64,000 nucleotides of DNA from a virus: IMG/VR virus record IMGVR_UViG_3300034691_000037, positions 22,682-86,681 of that record. One strand, given 5' to 3'. A program made the position numbers and the translations under genes. Shown piece by piece: positions 18,951 to 26,016 of the stretch (positions are counted from its first letter, which is position 1; every line of letters starts with the position of its first letter). The notes below the pieces were generated by a model that was not told the origin of the DNA, searched no databases, and saw only the letters and a list, made by a program, of their open reading frames with translations.

Positions 18951-20057
18951 TTACTGAGAAAAGCCAACGCCGGTACGTTTGACGATACGGTCTTGGTGCA
19001 TTTCGTGATAGTTCAAAGCTTTCGCCAGGGTCATGGTTTTGTCATCCATATCCACCGATTCCAGTTCCATCATGTCACGCACAGCGTAGGCCTGTTCCTT
19101 CGACAGAAGTTCGAAACGAAGCACGTCGAAGCAACGACCTGGGCGTGTCAGTGCGTCGTCGGTGCCAGAGAGCGACTCCAGGTTGGTGGAGAAGATAATC
19201 TTCACATCACGACTTACAATGCCTTCAGCGGCGTTCAGGACAGCCGACATGTTGTCGTTACCCAGATCGCGAGACATCAGCAGACGGTCAGCGTCCTCAC
19301 AGATTACAACAGACCCTGCTGGACAGCCACGGATGTAGTCGGACAACCCTGGGTTCAGCAGAACATCCTGACGGTCGATCATGCTGATCTTGTCATCCCA
19401 GCCGCGTGCGTCCATCATCTGCAAGATGAAGTTAGACTTACCGGTACCCGGAGGACCAATCAGAACGAGGACGTTAGCCCTGGACTTCGCGAAAGCTGCC
19501 CAGACCTCAGCAGGCGTACGGCCAAAGTACGGGTAGAACAGAGTTTGGTTTTTGATCACGCCGATGGGTGGGATCGTTTCGATCGTCGTCGCAATCGCTT
19601 TGTCGTTCAGTGTCAGACGGCGCAGATGCGGTGTAACGCCTGTATCGATCAGCTCTTTGAATGTATCGCGGAAGTAGTTGACGAATGCATCGGTGCCGAT
19701 GACATCGTACTTGGCCTGAGTGGCGCTGGTGCTTGGATTGACGAAGGCACCGATGATTTCATCCTCGTTGATGATGAGCCGACCCATCAGGGTGCGCATG
19801 AAGCGCAGACCTTGAGGTTTGAGGATACCGTCCAGAACGACCTTGTGAATATGCCGGTCGTTCTCGCCGCCAGTTTTGCCATGGGCGATGTCGGCGGTGA
19901 GGTGCGCTTGCTGAGCATCCCAGCCTTTGCTGGAGAAGAACAGGCGGGAGATGTCGTAGATGTTATCGCCACGTAGCAATGGAAGCTGGTCGTTCCAATG
20001 CTTGATGTTATCGAGGAGGTTTTGACTTACAGGTTCTGGAATGAAATTGAGACGCAT
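18951..20057 (-). CDS. AAA+ ATPase (BCS1-like single AAA module)
   Basis: GPPGTGKS, ICEDAD, FSTN, LTRPGR; C-terminal VGF motif. Confidence 0.9.
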   Translation of the reverse strand: MRLNFIPEPVSQNLLDNIKHWNDQLPLLRGDNIYDISRLFFSSKGWDAQQAHLTADIAHGKTGGENDRHIHKVVLDGILKPQGLRFMRTLMGRLIINEDEIIGAFVNPSTSATQAKYDVIGTDAFVNYFRDTFKELIDTGVTPHLRRLTLNDKAIATTIETIPPIGVIKNQTLFYPYFGRTPAEVWAAFAKSRANVLVLIGPPGTGKSNFILQMMDARGWDDKISMIDRQDVLLNPGLSDYIRGCPAGSVVICEDADRLLMSRDLGNDNMSAVLNAAEGIVSRDVKIIFSTNLESLSGTDDALTRPGRCFDVLRFELLSKEQAYAVRDMMELESVDMDDKTMTLAKALNYHEMHQDRIVKRTGVGFSQ

Positions 20058-20104
20058 GTTAACTCCAACAGGGTTTGTTTAAATTCGATAAATAAGGTTA
20101 GGTA

Positions 20105-20311
20105 TTACGACTTTGTAAAATCTTTGCAACCACCTATGTGTACAGCAAGCATGACCTTATGAAACCTACATTGATCGCCATCAACGAAGTGACCTTCTGT
20201 CCGGAATGGCCGCGACGGACACACGGCATTATCATTGTCGATTGCGCCACTGCCGCCGTCTGGCGATGAAACCCGCGGATCGGCAAATTTCTTACGGGTT
20301 ATGTCCAACAT
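20105..20311 (-). CDS. RKK-family microprotein 7
   Basis: MLDITRKK...DGG...DFTKS; GGAG SD. Confidence 0.7.
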   Translation of the reverse strand: MLDITRKKFADPRVSSPDGGSGAIDNDNAVCPSRPFRTEGHFVDGDQCRFHKVMLAVHIGGCKDFTKS

Positions 20312-20322
20312 ATTCAACTCCG

Positions 20323-20571
20323 CTAAGGCCGGGTGTAATCACAAGAATCACCATGTCCTGAAGCTCTGTTAGCTTGGTCCTTCCTATCGATTTCGGCATC
20401 GAAGATCCAGCCGGCCTTAAATAAATCTGGGTCTGTTCTATCAGCCGGGTGACCTGGCGATAACCACCACGGATCGTTATACCCAATGCCGTCAGGTATT
20501 GTGCCATAACCGCCCTCATCGCCAGGCTTTCGTCCCCGCATGGCTTTCTTACGATGCTGATCAATCGACAT
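20323..20571 (-). CDS. RKK-family microprotein 6
   Basis: MSIDQHRKK...DEGG...DPDL...DYTRP; start revised to the ATG at 20571. Confidence 0.7.
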   Translation of the reverse strand: MSIDQHRKKAMRGRKPGDEGGYGTIPDGIGYNDPWWLSPGHPADRTDPDLFKAGWIFDAEIDRKDQANRASGHGDSCDYTRP

Positions 20572-20794
20572 GTTCTTTATCCACAGGTCTAAAATCACCA
20601 CCGCGAAAGCGCCTAGTATCTCTATCAATTGAATTGATGAGATTTTCGGGGTCTGTCGCGAAACAACCAAGGCGCCGATTACCGTCATCTGAGAAGTGGG
20701 TGGTTACTCTTTTATTCCTAACTCCGCCCTCATCTTTACTGATCATCAGATGATCGCGAGAGAGAACTTTTTTACGGTATACGTCAGCTGCCAT
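20561..20794 (-). CDS. RKK-family microprotein 5
   Basis: MAADVYRKK...DEGG...DGNR...DPE...DFRP. Confidence 0.7.
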   Translation of the reverse strand: MAADVYRKKVLSRDHLMISKDEGGVRNKRVTTHFSDDGNRRLGCFATDPENLINSIDRDTRRFRGGDFRPVDKEHVD

Positions 20795-21011
20795 GATGAG
20801 CCCTCTTAAACGGCGCGACGCCGCACACTCTGAACGGATCGAGCTCTCTGGCGGGGGTTAAGACATCCGGATCAAGTTGACCATTGCCTTCTGTGCGATT
20901 ACCGTCGTTGTAGTAATAGTCCCTCATTGTGTCAAGGGGTCTCCCACCATCGGATGATCTGCAGACCCACTCACCCGGCATTGCTTTCTTTCTGTGGTTG
21001 TCGTGACGCAT
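20784..21011 (-). CDS. RKK-family microprotein 4
   Basis: MRHDNHRKK...DGG...TMRD...DGNR...DPDV. Confidence 0.7.
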   Translation of the reverse strand: MRHDNHRKKAMPGEWVCRSSDGGRPLDTMRDYYYNDGNRTEGNGQLDPDVLTPARELDPFRVCGVAPFKRAHHGS

Positions 21012-21016
21012 GGGAG

Positions 21017-21271
21017 TTACTCCCGAGTGTAATTGGACAAATCTATTTTTTCTCTAGCCGCTTCAGCATCTTCTAGGCGAATAATGTCAAGATCAGGTTC
21101 GGTGGTGTAGTTTCCTTCGACAACGTGCCACTGCCTCATTACAAATTTCGCCTGATTAAAGTCACCGGAACGGTGAGTATCGTCAGTCATGGTTTCCCGA
21201 CCCGTGGATTCAGAAAACCAATGACAACGAGGTATATGCATCCATTTCTTTCTATCGTTACCTATGTCCAT
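21017..21271 (-). CDS. RKK-family microprotein 3
   Basis: MDIGNDRKK...GRETMTDD...PDLD...NYTRE. Confidence 0.7.
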   Translation of the reverse strand: MDIGNDRKKWMHIPRCHWFSESTGRETMTDDTHRSGDFNQAKFVMRQWHVVEGNYTTEPDLDIIRLEDAEAAREKIDLSNYTRE

Positions 21272-21276
21272 CCACA

Positions 21277-21516
21277 CTACTCCCGAGTGTAGTTCAATAA
21301 AGTGTGACGCTGGTTTACAAACTCAGCGTCCTCCTTACGAAATAGATCAAGATCGGGCTTATCGGTATACACGCCGTCGATGATGTAACCCTCTTTCATG
21401 TCAGAATAACTATAGTCACCCATGAAGTTACTGTGGTCATCAACCGTTTCCTGCCCTAACTCCATAACCAAATAAAAGCGGGATGCAGGCTCTTTCTTTC
21501 TGTCCATATCGTGCAT
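21277..21516 (-). CDS. RKK-family microprotein 2
   Basis: MHDMDRKK...GQETVDD...PDLD...NYTRE. Confidence 0.7.
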   Translation of the reverse strand: MHDMDRKKEPASRFYLVMELGQETVDDHSNFMGDYSYSDMKEGYIIDGVYTDKPDLDLFRKEDAEFVNQRHTLLNYTRE

Positions 21517-21532
21517 AATGAATTTTATCTCA

Positions 21533-21724
21533 TTAAGACTTCATGTCACAAAAACTACTGAACATGTATACGGGAGTGAACCCACTCAGGAAGCCACCGC
21601 CATCCCTATCCGTAGGAACTCGCTGATAGGGCTGCTTGTAGTCCATTATTGTCGACCTTCCACCACCATCTTCATTAAGGCTTGGCATTTCTTCTTTCTT
21701 ACGTTCTATATTTAACCTGTCCAT
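21533..21724 (-). CDS. RKK-family microprotein 1
   Basis: MDRLNIERKK...EDGGG.STIMD; GGAGGT SD at the revised start 21724. Confidence 0.65.
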   Translation of the reverse strand: MDRLNIERKKEEMPSLNEDGGGRSTIMDYKQPYQRVPTDRDGGGFLSGFTPVYMFSSFCDMKS

Positions 21725-21752
21725 AGACACCTCCAGGACGTTCTCTATTACC

Positions 21753-21767
21753 ATGATGTATTGCCGT
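21753..21767 (-). promoter_or_regulatory. Putative early promoter heading the RKK microprotein operon
   Basis: ACGGCAATACATCAT, between a hairpin and the first array gene. Confidence 0.5.
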
Positions 21768-21795
21768 AGACTTTTACAGCGATCTAACCCATACG

Positions 21796-21829
21796 GCATA
21801 TAGGCAGGGCGTACGCCCTGCCTATATGC
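21796..21829. terminator. CATA...TATG-closed perfect palindrome
   Basis: GCATATAGGCAGGGCGTACGCCCTGCCTATATGC. Confidence 0.8.
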
Positions 21830-21830
21830 T

Positions 21831-22091
21831 TTACGCAAGGTCCATTTCATTCATCAAGACCACTAAGGGTATTGTTGTAAGCTCCTTTAAGGGACTGTCC
21901 TTCTCGCTACCAATGACCACTCCCGACTCCAGGTGCATGTAGCCGTACCAACCATGTTTAATACGCCTAATTAGCAGTCCAGAATCGGGATGGCTACCCT
22001 GCACCTCGTAGAGTAACCGATCACTGTCGTTGGGTATGACGAACCTATCCCCAACTAATAGACGATGTCGATTGACCCGTATGGTTTCCAT
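21831..22091 (-). CDS. Hypothetical protein
   Basis: 86 aa, GAGG SD. Confidence 0.55.
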   Translation of the reverse strand: METIRVNRHRLLVGDRFVIPNDSDRLLYEVQGSHPDSGLLIRRIKHGWYGYMHLESGVVIGSEKDSPLKELTTIPLVVLMNEMDLA

Positions 22092-22191
22092 CCCGCAATA
22101 CCTCTGGAAGGCTCATGTCATTAACACAAAAATAAAAATAAAGCATAAAGTCAGCCTTTCGGCCGACCTATGCTTTATTGATCACCTGCAG

Positions 22192-22680
22192 TTATTCAGG
22201 CTGTGTGGCCACAAATACTTCAGCCGGTACGGTGAGATCGACCGCGGTGAGTCCCCGACCGTGGACCGCACCATCCGCCAAGTCAGACCGGGCTTTCATG
22301 AAGCCGATGGTGTCGTGTTGGTGGTCGTGTAGTTCATGACCACCAACTGTCTTATCGGCAGGGGTGCGTGCCGATACAACGGCGAACTCGCCACGGCGCA
22401 ACCCGCCATCATCAACTGGCACCAATCCCAGATCTTCAGCCGTCTGAACGTATTTGGTCCGACCGCGCTGTAAACCCAGGTCTTCGGCAGTCTGGGCGTC
22501 CAGCATGTCCGACACTGGCTCGGATGTACCCGGAGTGCGACCATACGTCACGTTATCAGGCAACAGCGATGGGAGCAGCATGCGGTTCTTGGCATTCAGC
22601 TCTTCCAGTTGCCGATGCATTTCGTACTGTGCGTTGTGACGTTCAACTGCTTGTTGCTTGCGGACTTTATTACGACTCAT
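22192..22680 (-). CDS. Hypothetical protein with an internal QTAEDLGL duplication and a degenerate DnaB-like P-loop
   Basis: QTAEDLGL twice; GGLRRGEFAVVSARTPADKT. Confidence 0.6.
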   Translation of the reverse strand: MSRNKVRKQQAVERHNAQYEMHRQLEELNAKNRMLLPSLLPDNVTYGRTPGTSEPVSDMLDAQTAEDLGLQRGRTKYVQTAEDLGLVPVDDGGLRRGEFAVVSARTPADKTVGGHELHDHQHDTIGFMKARSDLADGAVHGRGLTAVDLTVPAEVFVATQPE

Positions 22681-22695
22681 GACAATATACCTTTA

Positions 22696-23007
22696 TTAAC
22701 GTTCGAGATGAACCGTGTGGGGCAGGTAGCCGAAACACGTTCCGATAGAGTTCTTATCCAGCTTGATATATTCCTCCCAAGCCAGTTCGATGCGCGCATT
22801 ACTCAGATACACTATCTGAACGTGGTCAGGTGAGATATGGCTGATCCCATACACCACGTACCCATGCTGACAAATGAGTTTAGTAAATGAACCCGCTACA
22901 GCGTGCGCAGGGACCTGAACAACACCATGCTCGTTCGTGACCGAGTGGTGGTCAACAATCACGGGTTCGTACGCGATTGGAAGATCCGACCGTCTGAAGT
23001 TGATCAT
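22696..23007 (-). CDS. Hypothetical protein
   Basis: 103 aa, ATGA coupling. Confidence 0.6.
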   Translation of the reverse strand: MINFRRSDLPIAYEPVIVDHHSVTNEHGVVQVPAHAVAGSFTKLICQHGYVVYGISHISPDHVQIVYLSNARIELAWEEYIKLDKNSIGTCFGYLPHTVHLER

Positions 23008-23483
23008 TGCACCACCTTCCGTCGTTCGGCTTCTTCTTTCTCAAACTTCTTGCGGTTGTAATCGTTGAAGTCATCAATCGACATGAAGCAGCTTGGGATG
23101 GCGTGGACACACCGATGTCCCGCATCCTGAATTATCTGCGCACAGATCCCGCGTTTAACTTGCCGGGATGGGCCAACGACCAATACCACATAGGCCTTTG
23201 TGATTTCGTACAGGTTTCGGATAACGAAGACTACTCGTTTACCTTCCCACTCATCAAGAAATGCCCGGACGGCTCGCTTTTCTTCCTTGATATCCACGGC
23301 CTCAGACAGGAGTTCCTGCTCTCGCTGTATGCGACGCCAGTAGTTAAACTTACGGACGTGTCGGTCAATCTTTGCAACCTCCTTGGCTGGAAGTGCGTGC
23401 AGCTTACCGCGAGCAGCGTTGATCAACGATTCGTAATGCTCGGTCGACATTACAACCTGGTGGTGGTCTTTATTCTCTTTCAT
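23004..23483 (-). CDS. Hypothetical protein
   Basis: 159 aa, ATGA coupling. Confidence 0.65.
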   Translation of the reverse strand: MKENKDHHQVVMSTEHYESLINAARGKLHALPAKEVAKIDRHVRKFNYWRRIQREQELLSEAVDIKEEKRAVRAFLDEWEGKRVVFVIRNLYEITKAYVVLVVGPSRQVKRGICAQIIQDAGHRCVHAIPSCFMSIDDFNDYNRKKFEKEEAERRKVVQ

Positions 23484-23854
23484 GCTGCGGCGTCCTCTTC
23501 ATCATCCTCTTTAACCTCTGCGTCACGAATACCAACGCCGACGTCTTTGGTGAGGAAGCTCTGCAGATCCTGGGAGATACGAGATGCCAGGATTTCAGGT
23601 TCACGCTTATCCGCGAAATAGATCATGAGATCAGTCTTCAGGTACTTGCGCTTCTTGTTGTAAACTGCAATCAGCTTAAGATCAATGCCGATGCGTTCAA
23701 GCATCGAGATCCTTTCAGCCATCGGCAGACGACCTGCAACCGTTTCTTTCTTGCTGAAGAACCAGGTGTACAGGGCGAGGATGGCCGCAGCGTAATCCTT
23801 GTTTACCAGTTCGGCTTGGGCTTTTTCAAACATAGCTGTGTCACTTTTGCGCAT
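23480..23854 (-). CDS. Hypothetical protein with an acidic tail
   Basis: 124 aa, GGAG SD. Confidence 0.65.
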   Translation of the reverse strand: MRKSDTAMFEKAQAELVNKDYAAAILALYTWFFSKKETVAGRLPMAERISMLERIGIDLKLIAVYNKKRKYLKTDLMIYFADKREPEILASRISQDLQSFLTKDVGVGIRDAEVKEDDEEDAAA

Positions 23855-23875
23855 GATAAATCTCCAGGGCGTGTG

Positions 23876-24100
23876 TTATTTAGAGGCGTCTGACTTAGCA
23901 CGCATCCAGCAAAGTCGGTAGGTGGAATCGAGGTGGTCTTGACCATGACCTTTAGCGCGTTCGAACTCAACACACTTATCCATGCTGGCCACAACCGTAT
24001 TGCCGACATCCCGCTGATGAATCCAGTGGGGCGTCACGATTGTTACGAATACAACAAAGAGGATGAGTAAGATAACTGATCCCCATGCACGAGCTGACAT
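23876..24100 (-). CDS. Small membrane protein
   Basis: N-terminal TM helix and two Cys residues. Confidence 0.6.
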   Translation of the reverse strand: MSARAWGSVILLILFVVFVTIVTPHWIHQRDVGNTVVASMDKCVEFERAKGHGQDHLDSTYRLCWMRAKSDASK

Positions 24101-24537
24101 TACTTCTCCTTTACTTGAACCAGTTTTGTCTTTACTCGGTCTAGCTGGGCGATGAGCAATTGACGGAAGACCAGCACGTTATAACCGACCATGTCAGTCC
24201 TTAGATCACCATGGGGTTTAAGCGTATACCCCAGATGCTCAACCATGAACTTTGCTACTGCTGCGGAACGGCTGATACCTGCTTCGCAGTGAATGACGAT
24301 ATCCTTATCACCTTGATCTTCGAGCCACACCAGCACCTTCAGCGCCTTCAGATAGTCGAACATGACGTAAGAGTTATCAATCAGCTCTTCGACATCATCA
24401 ATCTCCAAGCGATGCCGACCTGGGTGGCTTTTTGCAAACTCGTCTTCCTGATTGGGATCGCCAATGCTGAGCAGGGAATACTCACCAGTGAGCTGACCAA
24501 CAAACACACGAGGGATATACGTTACAGACGGCATCAT
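24100..24537 (-). CDS. Dual-specificity/tyrosine protein phosphatase family
   Basis: IVIHCEAGISRSAAVA (HCx5R signature). Confidence 0.9.
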   Translation of the reverse strand: MMPSVTYIPRVFVGQLTGEYSLLSIGDPNQEDEFAKSHPGRHRLEIDDVEELIDNSYVMFDYLKALKVLVWLEDQGDKDIVIHCEAGISRSAAVAKFMVEHLGYTLKPHGDLRTDMVGYNVLVFRQLLIAQLDRVKTKLVQVKEK

Positions 24538-24542
24538 GCCTC

Positions 24543-24872
24543 CTAGAAATTAGAAATCGCATCAACCTTAGCGGTCAGCTCTTTAATGTACTGTGCTAAA
24601 GTTATCCACGAGGATGAGGGTTCGTGGGTGGTTCCAACAGCGCCATAGAAAGTCACAATGGCTGGGTAGATGCGTTTAGCTTCACCATCAATACCCCGCC
24701 AGTCTTCCTCATCCAATCTATTGATACAGCCGTTGTTCGTAAACGCCTGTTCTGCCGCGGCTTTAAAACTTGCTTCGTTTGCCACCAGATACATGCGGCG
24801 TTCGAGGTGTCGAAACTTTACTTCCAAGGTCAAGTCCCTTCTTACGGCGGTTGGTATTAGACATGCGTGCAT
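24543..24872 (-). CDS. Hypothetical protein (true start probably downstream, e.g. MYLVAN)
   Basis: ORF in operon; overlaps the upstream gene. Confidence 0.5.
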   Translation of the reverse strand: MHACLIPTAVRRDLTLEVKFRHLERRMYLVANEASFKAAAEQAFTNNGCINRLDEEDWRGIDGEAKRIYPAIVTFYGAVGTTHEPSSSWITLAQYIKELTAKVDAISNF

Positions 24873-25164
24873 GAGGCATGTAACCGGCTACTTGAAAATA
24901 TTTGTTCTTCAAATAACCCAAGGGTTTTAGTCCCTCGCTGGCCATGATCAGAGTACCGGCTTTTGTATTAAGCGTGCCCATCAGAGTACCAGCCGCAAAC
25001 TTGTTATCGACAGTAACGAGCAGAAGTTTCTCAGACCCTTCGCCAGTGGTCGTTGTTTTGATACCGCTGTTAATGATTCGAATACTGCGGGCGATCTTTT
25101 TACCGCCTTTCAGCTGCTTGTAGCGAACGAAGACAATTGATTCAATGGAAACTGCAGTATCCAT
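24763..25164 (-). CDS. Hypothetical protein
   Basis: 133 aa, GAGGA SD. Confidence 0.6.
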   Translation of the reverse strand: MDTAVSIESIVFVRYKQLKGGKKIARSIRIINSGIKTTTTGEGSEKLLLVTVDNKFAAGTLMGTLNTKAGTLIMASEGLKPLGYLKNKYFQVAGYMPHARMSNTNRRKKGLDLGSKVSTPRTPHVSGGKRSKF

Positions 25165-25166
25165 GA

Positions 25167-25589
25167 CTATTCCTCAATCATTTCAGGGTCTAGGCAATGC
25201 AGCGTACCGCGACCAATGTGGTCCAGGCAATGCGTCTCGATGGTTACGAAATAGCAGGACTCCTGTCCGATCTTGATCTTACCTGTGGCCTTGTTACGAG
25301 ACATCTTGACGGCAGCATTAATGCTTGCTGTCATTGAACCTTCGAAGTGCTCGGGCTTTTCGCACTCTACATCGATGAAGATCTGCTTGACGCCCTCTTC
25401 CTGAACAATGCCATAGTTCAGGATCGTGCCGACACGTTTAGGATGGGTTTCCATCGAGTGTTCTTGTTCAGCAATGAACGCATAGATACCCACCCAGCCT
25501 GTAGCGCGAAGCTTTGACACAATCTCTTCAACCGGACGGGCTGTGGGAACATCGCCTTTGATGTGAGGACTGAGTAGAAAACGCTTCAT
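25167..25589 (-). CDS. Hypothetical protein
   Basis: 140 aa, GAGGA SD. Confidence 0.6.
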   Translation of the reverse strand: MKRFLLSPHIKGDVPTARPVEEIVSKLRATGWVGIYAFIAEQEHSMETHPKRVGTILNYGIVQEEGVKQIFIDVECEKPEHFEGSMTASINAAVKMSRNKATGKIKIGQESCYFVTIETHCLDHIGRGTLHCLDPEMIEE

Positions 25590-25600
25590 GAAGATTTCCT

Positions 25601-25972
25601 CTATCGTTTAAGAATAAGTTTCAGACCCAAGTCGGTAACAAACCCGATATTGTCATGAACGATAGGAAGATCCTTTTCGTAGAACAGAACCCCTCCGCAG
25701 TTGGCCTCAAGCAGACGGTGGAAATCGGTTGTCTTTTCCCACTTATCTTTAATCTGCTCATTGATATCGGTATCTACACCGTGACCCCAAACGGTTCCTT
25801 GAGCGTTCCGGCCATTTCGAGCCCTGAGGTTACTAAGGATATACTCTGGGATGGTATTCCCGCCTGGTACGCGAGAACACTGCATTGACCGACCGTTTAT
25901 GTACTTCTCGACCGACTCCATGTTGCTTTCGCAATCGCCCTGAGTGGTCCACCAGATATAAAGCTTGGGCAT
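25601..25972 (-). CDS. Hypothetical protein
   Basis: 123 aa, AAGGA SD. Confidence 0.6.
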   Translation of the reverse strand: MPKLYIWWTTQGDCESNMESVEKYINGRSMQCSRVPGGNTIPEYILSNLRARNGRNAQGTVWGHGVDTDINEQIKDKWEKTTDFHRLLEANCGGVLFYEKDLPIVHDNIGFVTDLGLKLILKR

Positions 25973-26016
25973 ACATCTTTCCTTAATAGGGGGCCTCGTC
26001 CTTGAGGCACTGATCG

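Noticed and set aside
20105-21724. CRISPR array or DGR-type repeat behind the periodic ~230-nt units
   Set aside because: Similarity is at the protein-motif level. Only one short nucleotide repeat (TACTCCCGAGTGTA, twice) exists, and there is no reverse transcriptase or cas gene in the window.
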